A program made the position numbers and the translations under genes. DNA of 45,500 nucleotides from a virus (taxonomy: Duplodnaviria; Caudoviricetes), in IMG/VR virus record IMGVR_UViG_3300034965_000047, positions 1 through 45,500 of that record, one strand, 5' to 3'. The notes beneath the pieces are model-generated. The model did not search any database, was not told the origin of the DNA, and saw only the letters and a list, made by a program, of their open reading frames with translations. Shown here one piece after another: positions 8,894-17,199 of the stretch (its first letter is position 1; the number at the start of each line of letters is the position of its first letter).

Positions 8894-9921
8894 CTCATTA
8901 ATTCCCCTATCGCCTTATTTTCATCAAAAATAATTATCTCATCTCCGGGGCTAATAACTCCCCTATCAATTGATAGTTGTTTTAGCCTCTTGTAATCGTC
9001 TATAGAAAATCCACCACGGGTAGAATAGAATTCGATAAAAGACTGTTGGCTTAGAATCTTTTTTGACTTGTTTGATTTGAATCCTATCCAGTTAGTTTTG
9101 ACAAACTTTTCCACAATATCACGTGGGGTGGTTGACCATTTCTTGACAACCTTAGGTCCAATTTGCTGTATTTCATCTGATTTTACCGGAGGTAATTTTG
9201 GGTCAAGCTTTTGTTCTATTTTATCCTGAACAGATTCAAGGATACGGCCAAGAATATCACGGAACCAATTGCGGCGTTTGATTTTTTCAGATAAGGCAAA
9301 TACGATCATTCCTTGAATGATAATAGCAATTAGGCCGTACATAAAAGCCTGTAGTTGTCTTCCGGATCTAAGGGCTTTTGGTATTGCGTCAAAAATATCT
9401 TGCGACGTTAATGGATTTAGGACTACTGCGCCAGATTCGATTGCGTTGAAACGGTCTTGGCGTGCCTTGTCGGATATTTTTGAATCTTCGCGCGCTTGAT
9501 TTATTTGGTTATTAAGTTCGCGAAGAGTAGCCCCGTTCTGTGATTTGTCGTATTCGTCCTGCTTTTTTTGCAGAGCCGCAGCCGCTGAATCTGCCTTTAT
9601 AGTAAGTCTTTTTAACTCTTGGTCATTTTCGACAGTAGCGACAATTTGTGCACGCTCTGTATCTGTCTGAGCAAGTAAAAATGAAGTGTCAAAAAATATG
9701 GCAACGGTCACAGCGCAAAGCCATAGCTTATATGCACGTTCGTTGTATAGGATTGGTATCAATAGGATTATCATAATACCAAGGGTGCCAAATGCTACCT
9801 TTCCCATTAAGTCAGAGGTTTGCGAAGTAAAACACGCGAATAGCATTATGCCGTCAGCTACGACCCCGATAAGTATTGCTGCGCCTTTTACGAATTTATT
9901 AGCCCATTCTGGAAGCAACAT
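8890..9921 (-). CDS. Multi-pass membrane protein with coiled coil
   Basis: Three N-terminal TM segments, coiled coil, fourth TM, soluble C-terminal domain. Confidence 0.7.
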   Translation of the reverse strand: MLLPEWANKFVKGAAILIGVVADGIMLFACFTSQTSDLMGKVAFGTLGIMIILLIPILYNERAYKLWLCAVTVAIFFDTSFLLAQTDTERAQIVATVENDQELKRLTIKADSAAAALQKKQDEYDKSQNGATLRELNNQINQAREDSKISDKARQDRFNAIESGAVVLNPLTSQDIFDAIPKALRSGRQLQAFMYGLIAIIIQGMIVFALSEKIKRRNWFRDILGRILESVQDKIEQKLDPKLPPVKSDEIQQIGPKVVKKWSTTPRDIVEKFVKTNWIGFKSNKSKKILSQQSFIEFYSTRGGFSIDDYKRLKQLSIDRGVISPGDEIIIFDENKAIGELMR

Positions 9922-9940
9922 ATAAATTTTCCTTTATGTT

Positions 9941-9969
9941 ATTATGGGCTTATGTGCGGATTGTGTCAA
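9941..9969 (-). promoter_or_regulatory. CCGCA-type sigma70 promoter
   Basis: TTGACA-CAAT-CCGCA-CATAAGCC-CATAAT. Confidence 0.8.
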
Positions 9970-10190
9970 GGCTCATTCGTGCAAAATATTTTACGGTTGA
10001 TAATGTGAAGATATACGGCCCTTCCAGACAAAAGAATAACCTTCATTTTTCCGGTGTCTTTATTATATTCTCCACTGACCCGGCGCTGTTGGTTATTTAT
10101 GTCGATTTGGTAAATAGTACCACCTGCAGTTACCGTAAGATCTTCACCAGGTTTTCCGGTTTTAATACGTGCGTTATCGTAGAATTTCAT
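9966..10190 (-). CDS. Hypothetical protein
   Basis: ATGA-coupled in operon. Confidence 0.55.
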   Translation of the reverse strand: MKFYDNARIKTGKPGEDLTVTAGGTIYQIDINNQQRRVSGEYNKDTGKMKVILLSGRAVYLHIINRKIFCTNEP

Positions 10191-10375
10191 TTCAATTTAC
10201 CAGCGCAATAGCGCTCAAGCCTTTTTTGTTTTGTTGATTCAACGCCGCCAAAAAACTTTCCATTGGGGTTAACTCGGCCTTTGTACTTTTTATCTTTGCG
10301 TCGAACTTCCCTTGATTCCTGGTACGGTTTTTGGTTTTTGATCGCAATGATAATTGCTTTAATCAATTTTAACAT
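10187..10375 (-). CDS. Small basic hypothetical protein
   Basis: GAGG RBS, coupled in operon. Confidence 0.55.
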   Translation of the reverse strand: MLKLIKAIIIAIKNQKPYQESREVRRKDKKYKGRVNPNGKFFGGVESTKQKRLERYCAGKLK

Positions 10376-10733
10376 TTGTCACCTCGATTGACCCGTCTTT
10401 TTTCTCTTTCCAGATTTCGGAAATTCCGCCTTCTGAAATGACGAAATTATGCCATTTTTTTTGATTAGGTTTTAACCTATCGTTGACCGTCTTTTCTTCA
10501 ATGCTTTTAAATACTGCAACGGTTTTGCCAACCATTTCAGGAGTAATAACGACGCTAAAAAATCCAATCCTATCACCGCCCCCCATATCTTCATCATCCT
10601 CTCGGCGTCCACTTGGCGGCGGAGGCAATCCATAGGCGATATATTGACCTCTGACTATCGCGCTGCCGCGATTATTGCGCCAGGTGCATGGGTTTGCTGC
10701 CCATGCTGCGTCATCGAGTTTTTGAATACTCAC
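10359..10733 (-). CDS. VRR-NUC-like PD-(D/E)xK nuclease
   Basis: WRNNRG...YGL...GGDRIG...IEEKT...RL...QKKW pattern; probable GTG start at 10733 after AGGA. Confidence 0.8.
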   Translation of the reverse strand: MSIQKLDDAAWAANPCTWRNNRGSAIVRGQYIAYGLPPPPSGRREDDEDMGGGDRIGFFSVVITPEMVGKTVAVFKSIEEKTVNDRLKPNQKKWHNFVISEGGISEIWKEKKDGSIEVTNVKID

Positions 10734-11067
10734 GCAATATCCTAATATCATCAGCTGAAATTGCAACGCGTCGATCAGCATCCTTTTCGGGGTCTGCCAT
10801 TTTTTGCACACGTTCCGTATGCTTCTTGAGTGCCGATGCCGCCTGCTGCCAGGTTATGCCAAGCTCTTCGAGTAGTGCAATAAATGATCGCCGCATGATA
10901 CCATTGCTTGCCCGAACTGGCTCAATCATTACGGCGTCCATAAATACTTTAGGTGTAGGCTTTTCCTCAGCTATAAATTTTTCAACCATTCGTGGACCGT
11001 ATCCGGTAATTTCTACCACATCTTGCACGCGAAGGTTTTTTTCAATCATCAAGTCTCTTAATTTCAT
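10711..11067 (-). CDS. HTH (XRE-like) transcriptional regulator, possibly two tandem HTH units
   Basis: MKLRDLMIEKNLRVQDVVEITGYG and LEELGITWQQAASAL segments; leaderless promoter. Confidence 0.65.
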   Translation of the reverse strand: MKLRDLMIEKNLRVQDVVEITGYGPRMVEKFIAEEKPTPKVFMDAVMIEPVRASNGIMRRSFIALLEELGITWQQAASALKKHTERVQKMADPEKDADRRVAISADDIRILREYSKTR

Positions 11068-11073
11068 AAATCA

Positions 11074-11102
11074 ATTATAAGCCAACGTGCGCAGCATGTC
11101 AA
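11074..11102 (-). promoter_or_regulatory. GCGCA-variant promoter, leaderless
   Basis: TTGACA-TGCT-GCGCA-CGTTGGCT-TATAAT, then 6 nt, then ATG 11067. Confidence 0.85.
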
Positions 11103-11104
11103 CA

Positions 11105-12493
11105 TTATGCATTTTTCAAATAATCGCGCCAAACTTTTAGGACAATGTCCCGACTTGCCCCCATTCTTGCGCCTATTTCATAGGCCTTGTCGATCTTTCT
11201 GGCTCCCCTGGCTATCGCTAAAACCAACTTGTTCATGTCGCGCTTATCGTCATAATTAACCTTTACAAGCTGACCTTCGACCTCTTCAATGTCACCTCTA
11301 ATCAAAATACGCTTTTCAAAAACATGGCTACAATGCGGGCAAACGGTATCGAATTTTATTACCGGGCGCTGGCAATCCGGGCATCGCTTAAACATGCTTT
11401 CTTCTTTAATCTTTTTTCTTGGAGCATCAAGCGTCCATTCCCTGGCCATGTCAGGATGCCAAAATCTGAAAAAATTATTTACGCAATCAATATTGATCAG
11501 GATCTTATCACCGTCGAACATGCTGCCGCGCCCAATGCTCTGCAGGTAGTGTACAAGGCTCATTGTCCGGCGTGCCTGTATTATGCACGCGCATTTTTTT
11601 ACCGTAAAACCGGCTACGAATAAATTGACAGAGCACAAAACAAGGAATTTACCAGCATAATAATCTGCCAATGTCTGTTCTATTTCGTCTATGTTTTCAC
11701 TCGTGAGGCTTCGTGCATCAATTCCATTTTCGCAAAAAGAATTCGCCATATCTTGGCTATGCTTTACCGTGGCGCAAAAAACAAGGGTCTGTTTTCCGGA
11801 TGCCAAATTCTTCCAATGATTTACGATATTAGCCAATATAAAAGGTTTATCGTCTAATTTTTCAAGATCTCCGGCAGAGAATTCGCCTCTTGAAATACTC
11901 GCCTCACCATCTCCCATGCAGCGGTCGACAATAAATGTGTCAATTTTACAGGTGAATTTAATGTCCTGAAGGTATTTTATCGCTGGTCCTTTTACTATAT
12001 GGGTAAATGGTGGGCTAAATGGTTTTTTATCTAATCGCTGAGGCGTGGCGCTAAGGCCAATTACAATGCATCCGTTTTCAATAAGCAAGGCAATAATTTC
12101 TGCATATCTGGCGCTCATGCTCAAGTGTGCCTCATCAATAATGGCAAGAGCAGGGAATTCCCATCCGTTGTAAATCATCTTGTCAAGCCTGCAAAAAAGC
12201 GTATCTTTTGACATTACCTGAACTTTGTAGCGCATTTGAGGATATCCAGGCATAAGAATTCCATGCTTGATTTCAGAGTCCGATAAATCGCGTGATGCCT
12301 GGCTGATTAATATTTTTGTGTGAGCAAGAAACCATACACCGCCTTCACGGTATTTTTCTATTAGCATGGTACTAACAATACTTTTGCCAGAGCGCGTCGG
12401 CATTTGGATCATGACGCACTTATGTCCATCTGCTATGGCTTTTTCTGTATCATTAAAAGCTTTTGTTTGATGTTCAACAGGTGTATGTTTCAT
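11105..12493 (-). CDS. SF2 DEAH helicase (RadD/YejH-like) with C-terminal Zn finger
   Basis: MPTRSGKS, IIDEAH, GLSATP, QSIGRG, CPDC...CPHC. Confidence 0.9.
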   Translation of the reverse strand: MKHTPVEHQTKAFNDTEKAIADGHKCVMIQMPTRSGKSIVSTMLIEKYREGGVWFLAHTKILISQASRDLSDSEIKHGILMPGYPQMRYKVQVMSKDTLFCRLDKMIYNGWEFPALAIIDEAHLSMSARYAEIIALLIENGCIVIGLSATPQRLDKKPFSPPFTHIVKGPAIKYLQDIKFTCKIDTFIVDRCMGDGEASISRGEFSAGDLEKLDDKPFILANIVNHWKNLASGKQTLVFCATVKHSQDMANSFCENGIDARSLTSENIDEIEQTLADYYAGKFLVLCSVNLFVAGFTVKKCACIIQARRTMSLVHYLQSIGRGSMFDGDKILINIDCVNNFFRFWHPDMAREWTLDAPRKKIKEESMFKRCPDCQRPVIKFDTVCPHCSHVFEKRILIRGDIEEVEGQLVKVNYDDKRDMNKLVLAIARGARKIDKAYEIGARMGASRDIVLKVWRDYLKNA

Positions 12494-12783
12494 TTTTCGT
12501 TTAACCAAATTAAAGCTAGTGCATACATCGCACCATTACTATTTTTTGGTTTGTCTATTTTATCGTGTCGAATGCTTCCGAAAATTACAATGAATAGTAT
12601 GCATGATATTCCTACAAATGAAATAAATGCACTTAAAAGATTGCACTTGGGTTTTTTCTGAGTATACGTTTCTGGGCTTTCCCACCTGTAAAATATGACA
12701 GTGACTCGCTTGCCATTTTTCAAGGTCTTCTGTCTCTTTTCTTTTGGTATTGTGGCAGCTATAGAATTCGAATGTTTTATCAT
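12490..12783 (-). CDS. Small membrane protein
   Basis: One TM segment; stop overlaps the helicase ATG (ATGA); start uncertain. Confidence 0.45.
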   Translation of the reverse strand: MIKHSNSIAATIPKEKRQKTLKNGKRVTVIFYRWESPETYTQKKPKCNLLSAFISFVGISCILFIVIFGSIRHDKIDKPKNSNGAMYALALIWLNEK

Positions 12784-12797
12784 GCATGACAAATCCT

Positions 12798-13166
12798 TTA
12801 TATTCTATGATATGGTTTCGTAATACCTTTACGAGTAACCAAAATGTCCGAATTGGTTAGCATTGTTATTTCAACAACGGATAACCCAAATGAAATTATA
12901 GAATATTTTCCATTGCCTATTACTTTGAATAGTACATAATCATATCCTGTTGCCGTAAGCGGCTCATATGAAATGCCAATGGTTTTGAATGTTATTTTTT
13001 CATTTGAAAAATAAATTTCATCAGGCGCTCCGGATGGTTGTGACTCTGCCCACATGCTATCGTTAAATTCTGCTGGTAAATTGAATGATTGATAAACATT
13101 TACCGCCATAAATTGGCAGCTTGATAAACTGATTAATGCAATAAAAATTATAAATAATTTTCTCAT
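12798..13166 (-). CDS. Putative lipoprotein
   Basis: AAGGGG RBS; MRKLFIIFIALISLSSC lipoprotein signal. Confidence 0.7.
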   Translation of the reverse strand: MRKLFIIFIALISLSSCQFMAVNVYQSFNLPAEFNDSMWAESQPSGAPDEIYFSNEKITFKTIGISYEPLTATGYDYVLFKVIGNGKYSIISFGLSVVEITMLTNSDILVTRKGITKPYHRI

Positions 13167-13181
13167 GATATTCCCCTTTAT

Positions 13182-13214
13182 AAAAACCCTGCCCGGCTTA
13201 GGACCAGGCAGGGT
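13182..13214 (-). terminator. Intrinsic terminator ending the tRNA/ncRNA transcript
   Basis: ACCCTGCC...GGCAGGGT stem followed by a T run on the minus strand. Confidence 0.65.
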
Positions 13215-13287
13215 AACACTCACGGCGCTCCGGATCAGGATACGCCAATCTCAACTTTTAAAGAACTCTATGCGCCTTAATGGCCTT

Positions 13288-13369
13288 CGGAGCACTGAGG
13301 AATCGAACCCCCAGGCTTTCACCTGTATCCCGGATTTCAAATCCGGTTGACCCCATGGCCAAGTGCTCC
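13288..13369 (-). tRNA. tRNA-Ser(UGA), atypical 8/4 fold, no encoded CCA
   Basis: Acceptor GGAGCACT/AGTGCTCC, anticodon arm CCGGA-TTTGAAA-TCCGG, long variable arm CAGGT-GAAA-GCCTG, T arm GGGG-TTCGATT-CCTC, G discriminator. Confidence 0.8.
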
Positions 13370-13469
13370 ATTTTCCCAGACAACAGCATGCTTTTTCGGT
13401 AAGTCTCCCGATATCATTTGCTGCCACGGTCCCACCGATTGACTTTATCAGTGCTGGTGCTCCGTTCCT

Positions 13470-13554
13470 TGGAAGTGTCCGGCGTTGACCCGGCAGGTAG
13501 ACCCCTTGACGGCTACTTGATGATCCGCCGCCTTACCCTTGCGGCCTCACTTCC
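13470..13554 (-). ncRNA. Degenerate tRNA-like cloverleaf
   Basis: Acceptor GGAAGTG/CACTTCC, D-like GCC..GGTAA.GGC, GGCGG/CCGTC stem with 12-nt loop, CCGG-GTCAACG-CCGG T-like arm. Confidence 0.45.
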
Positions 13555-13617
13555 AGGCGATTAAGTCGCCACTCTTTTGCACTTGACGCCACTATAGCTC
13601 AGAATCATGTGCGGTAT

Positions 13618-13689
13618 TCGGATCGGCAGGATTTGAACCCACGGTTTCTACCACGTATTGGCAGTGCCTTACCACTTGGCCACGATCCG
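13618..13689 (-). tRNA. tRNA with non-canonical anticodon loop (nominally Val-UAC)
   Basis: Acceptor CGGATCG/CGATCCG, D arm GCCAAGTGGTAAGGC, CTGCC-AATACGT-GGTAG, T arm GTGGG-TTCAAAT-CCTGC. Confidence 0.7.
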
Positions 13690-13795
13690 GTGGGCCGCAG
13701 GATCTTCCGGAACCTGCGGCGGTAATTATCACGGGAATTCTTCCATTTTCCTTTATCGTTTAATAACCGGATTCCATACGGTCCCGGTGCTATCT

Positions 13796-13824
13796 ATATT
13801 AAGCCGACATGCGGAGCATGTCAA
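13796..13824 (-). promoter_or_regulatory. CCGCA-type promoter driving the tRNA/ncRNA cluster
   Basis: TTGACA-TGCT-CCGCA-TGTCGGCT-TAATAT; contains palindrome GACATGC-N3-GCATGTC. Confidence 0.75.
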
Positions 13825-13835
13825 GCAATTTTGCA

Positions 13836-13866
13836 AATAAAAAGGGGCAGGATTTTCCGGCCCCTT
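13836..13866 (-). terminator. Intrinsic terminator
   Basis: AAGGGGC...GCCCCTT stem followed by a T-rich tract on the minus strand. Confidence 0.65.
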
Positions 13867-13873
13867 CCTGGCA

Positions 13874-14050
13874 TCAAATCACGCTCTTGGTGATATCGAA
13901 GGTTACAACGGCGCTGCCGTCGCTTTTAATTTCAACCGTATTGACGGTCGAATTGCGGGCACCGGCCTTGGCCAAGATCGCAAGCTTGACTTCGTCAGCG
14001 GTCAATTCAACCTTGACGCTCTTGGAAACTTTCAGATTTTCTCGTGTCAT
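13874..14050 (-). CDS. Small hypothetical protein (58 aa, not in ORF track)
   Basis: AGGAG RBS; MTRENLKVSKSVKVELTADEVKLAILAKAGARNSTVNTVEIKSDGSAVVTFDITKSVI; promoter-like site upstream and terminator downstream. Confidence 0.75.
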   Translation of the reverse strand: MTRENLKVSKSVKVELTADEVKLAILAKAGARNSTVNTVEIKSDGSAVVTFDITKSVI

Positions 14051-14065
14051 TTATTTCTCCTGCGT

Positions 14066-14305
14066 TTAAGATAACATGCGGCCAATGTAAATGTCAACAG
14101 TTTTTACATCATCTTTTTCATGATCTAAACTTTTTACCCAATTTTTGAGAGCTTCCATTTCTCGGTCATTTATATTCCATCCGCAAGCGAGGTTATACAG
14201 ATACCAAACAGTGTGGGTGTCCAGATAGTGCCTATGGGCATATGACATCCACCGTGTAGAAATTTCCATAATATCCTCACGCCTGTGATTGGTCATTTTC
14301 ACCAT
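14066..14305 (-). CDS. Hypothetical protein
   Basis: GGAGG RBS overlapping the primase 3' end. Confidence 0.55.
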   Translation of the reverse strand: MVKMTNHRREDIMEISTRWMSYAHRHYLDTHTVWYLYNLACGWNINDREMEALKNWVKSLDHEKDDVKTVDIYIGRMLS

Positions 14306-16751
14306 CCTCCATTAGGTCATCTTTTACCAGCTTAAGTATTTGGCGCTCTTCTGGTGATATTCTTGGTATTTCAAAATAGCATAGGATCAACCTACCATTT
14401 TGAGTTCGTTTCGTTTCTATTCCCTCCCCGTCAAGGGCAGCATAAAATGAATTTTTTGATATCTTCCTATACCCGGAAATTTCACACCACCGTCTGAAAA
14501 ATTCATAAACAATAGCCCTGTCGTACCAAATGCTTTTTTCTTTTCCAAAATCCTTAGAAATCATTTGGCTAAAAAATGACGCTATCGGGTTGCTTGATTC
14601 TATCCATTCCTTGTGGTCGGCAACAGCCCACTCTGGCCTGTCAAATTCGTATTTGTTAGCAATAAATCCGGGCAAGACCGATAAAACCATATTCATGATC
14701 GCTGGTCTTTCGTCCTTATATCCGTCTATTTTTCCAAACATTTTATGCATATGCAGCGGATCGCGCGGTGCCGAAGATGAAAAATGCATAACAATGGCCC
14801 GTCTTGCATGACCGTCATTTCCGGTGGTTTGCGGCTGTTTGTTGCCAATGATCCACGGTGCAACGTTTAGGACAGCTTGAAAGTGGGCTATTCTTTTTTC
14901 GTTGATTGTGACTGTGCTTCCGTCTGACAGTTTTTTTATATCAGCTGGCAGAACATAGTCGTCGGCAATATCATCGTCATGCACGATTAACTTTCCAACC
15001 AAGCTTGCTTTGCCAAATTGATCCTGGAAAATATCCTTCATCGATTTTGAGATATAATAATCTCCAGCCAATTCCTTGAGCACAATTGCCAAGCTCGATT
15101 TTCCTGTCCCTTGTTTGCCATAACAAACAAAATAATATGGTACGATTTTTTTCGGAAGCAGTGAATAGGCAAATGTCTGGAGTATAAATTTCAATCCTTT
15201 TTCGTTTTGGTGTCCCTCTGGAAGTAGTCGATTGATTGTCGATTCAAAGTATGGAGCACCAATTGCCTTTGCGTCATATTCAAATCCCATGCAGGCCATA
15301 GGGTATCTTTCCATAAAAAATGTTTCTGTATTATCACGCCTATCGTGCCAGGTGACCCCATTTTCCTTGATCTCAAGCATTCCATTTGGGAAATTCCAAT
15401 AAGGCCGAACCTCTTTTAATTGGGAAAATGGGTTTTCAGTTCCAAGAATTCTTCCGCCGCGATATGACTTTAAATTCCTTGCCGCTTTTTCGGTAATAAT
15501 CTGAGCGTCTAATTGCTCGCTCGGTTTATCAAAGTCAAGGTTATAATTTAATACCGCTTTCCTGAATGTCCCTGGCGTTATATTTGCCCACCGGTTAAAT
15601 TCTTCTACAATCGCGTTGATGCTTCGTTGCTCCCAATATAGCCCGTTCCACGTGTACGGAATTCCATCGAAGCAAAAGAATCCCCCTCCAGGGTAACATT
15701 CATGCACGAAAATTTCATGCAAAACCGTATTTTGAAGATAATCAGGAGCTTCATATTTTCCATTTGATACAAATGAATCACGGACCGGAACAGGATTTTT
15801 CCATGTATCAAGGTGATCTTTTATCCGTTGCTTGTCCCACCCCTCTGCTATGGCATCCGCAAGATCCCAGCCTTTTGCTACACCTATTGGGGGATGGACC
15901 GGATGGATTTTTATCTGCAGTTCATCAAGCACCTTAAGCACAGCGCGCCCCGCAGCGTCAGCGTCAAACGGGAATAGCACCTCTCGCCCACGCAATGGCT
16001 CCAGGTTTGACATGGTTATATTTCCGGCTCCACCGTACCATCCCACTGGAATAAACTCGTCTCCGACCACTGGAATAAGCCTTGATGGTACCTTTTGACC
16101 TTCGCACAGGATGACTAAATCATTGGGACGGTTATACAACTCTTCCTGATTATACAGTGGCCATTTTGCTTCTTTGCCAATACCAGCGGCGCGCCATTTA
16201 TATTCACCGCCCTTTGTCCACAGGGTAAAAGGCCTGTCTTTTTTCTTCCCAAGCGGGTCAATAAATCGCACGATCCAAGCAACAATATTGCCATCAACAA
16301 GTGGCCATCGCTCAATATCGTTTCCCCATTCTAAAAGCTTCCGGTTGCTTATTATTAATTCTGGGTTGCTCTTATGGCCCTTGGTACATATACGCCAGCC
16401 TGTCCAAAATTGGTCACTTGGCTTTGTTGCCTTTTTTTCTGGCTCTGGAAAATAATCAGGGCAATATTTTGAAAAAATGTCTTTCGCGGCGTCACTCTGA
16501 GTCATGCCGTTCAGATAAGCGTACAAGCTACAGGCATCGCCTCCACAGTCGCTTTTCCTGGCATTGTCCAGCCATGCGCCGGTAGTTAAATTTACAACAA
16601 AATTCCCTGAATGCTTATCGTCTGCCCTCGTCGGGTTTATTGTGACATATTCATTATTTCCGTGTATTTCGCCAGGCGGTAAAAAGCTTGCTAAATTCGA
16701 AAGGATCAGTTCACTTGCTTTTTTATAATCAATCAACGGTTTTTGCCCCAA
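14277..16751 (-). CDS. Primase-helicase (P4 alpha/D5-like): TOPRIM primase, SF3 helicase, C-terminal winged helix
   Basis: LCEGQK and DADAAG TOPRIM motifs, KGWDLAD, Walker A GKQGTGKS, IKKLSDG, GNKQP; TTG start. Confidence 0.9.
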   Translation of the reverse strand: MGQKPLIDYKKASELILSNLASFLPPGEIHGNNEYVTINPTRADDKHSGNFVVNLTTGAWLDNARKSDCGGDACSLYAYLNGMTQSDAAKDIFSKYCPDYFPEPEKKATKPSDQFWTGWRICTKGHKSNPELIISNRKLLEWGNDIERWPLVDGNIVAWIVRFIDPLGKKKDRPFTLWTKGGEYKWRAAGIGKEAKWPLYNQEELYNRPNDLVILCEGQKVPSRLIPVVGDEFIPVGWYGGAGNITMSNLEPLRGREVLFPFDADAAGRAVLKVLDELQIKIHPVHPPIGVAKGWDLADAIAEGWDKQRIKDHLDTWKNPVPVRDSFVSNGKYEAPDYLQNTVLHEIFVHECYPGGGFFCFDGIPYTWNGLYWEQRSINAIVEEFNRWANITPGTFRKAVLNYNLDFDKPSEQLDAQIITEKAARNLKSYRGGRILGTENPFSQLKEVRPYWNFPNGMLEIKENGVTWHDRRDNTETFFMERYPMACMGFEYDAKAIGAPYFESTINRLLPEGHQNEKGLKFILQTFAYSLLPKKIVPYYFVCYGKQGTGKSSLAIVLKELAGDYYISKSMKDIFQDQFGKASLVGKLIVHDDDIADDYVLPADIKKLSDGSTVTINEKRIAHFQAVLNVAPWIIGNKQPQTTGNDGHARRAIVMHFSSSAPRDPLHMHKMFGKIDGYKDERPAIMNMVLSVLPGFIANKYEFDRPEWAVADHKEWIESSNPIASFFSQMISKDFGKEKSIWYDRAIVYEFFRRWCEISGYRKISKNSFYAALDGEGIETKRTQNGRLILCYFEIPRISPEERQILKLVKDDLMEDGENDQSQA

Positions 16752-16839
16752 TGCCCCAATGCCATAAAAAGTGGGGGCCGGGTGTATTGGAGCGATACTA
16801 CCCGGCCAAGAATACTGGACGCCTCCAGCCCACGGTTTT

Positions 16840-16868
16840 ATGATTGCATGCTATGCGGGATGTGTCAA
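16840..16868 (-). promoter_or_regulatory. CCGCA-type promoter upstream of primase (weak -10)
   Basis: TTGACA-CATC-CCGCA-TAGCATGC-AATCAT. Confidence 0.5.
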
Positions 16869-17113
16869 TCGTAGCCAAAAAATATTATCGGTTTCTCTGG
16901 CAACGATTTTACCTTGGGCTTTTTTGGTTGTCGTTCGATAAATTTTTTAATGTATTTTTCTTCGATGTACCGACCCCCACCAACCTTTACTGACGGTATC
17001 CTTCCGGAGCATACGTATACCTTAAACGTTGCGCCGTCCTTGCCCATGGTTTTTAATGCCTCTGACATTTTAATAACCTCGTGCTCCTTTCCATCCGGAA
17101 ACAATATAAACAT
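16865..17113 (-). CDS. Excisionase-like (HTH_17/MerR-type) DNA-binding protein
   Basis: MSEALKTMG...YVCSGRIPSVKVGGGRYI...IKKFI pattern; GAGG RBS. Confidence 0.7.
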   Translation of the reverse strand: MFILFPDGKEHEVIKMSEALKTMGKDGATFKVYVCSGRIPSVKVGGGRYIEEKYIKKFIERQPKKPKVKSLPEKPIIFFGYD

Positions 17114-17199
17114 TTTAACCTCTTGATATACCTTTTATCACATGGTTTGCTTAATGTAAAGTTGGTTTGCTTAAAAAATTTTGTTATCCATAAAAACCC

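Noticed and set aside
12560-12787. Second dual-frame gene pair starting at ATGCATG (12787/12783)
   Set aside because: The 75-aa frame has no recognisable features; only the other frame is coupled to the helicase. Evidence is insufficient.
13329-13347. Plus-strand CCGGA-TTTCAAA-TCCGG resembles a tRNA-Sec (UCA) anticodon arm
   Set aside because: T-loop (GTTCGATTC) and arm order place the tRNA on the minus strand, giving anticodon UGA (Ser).
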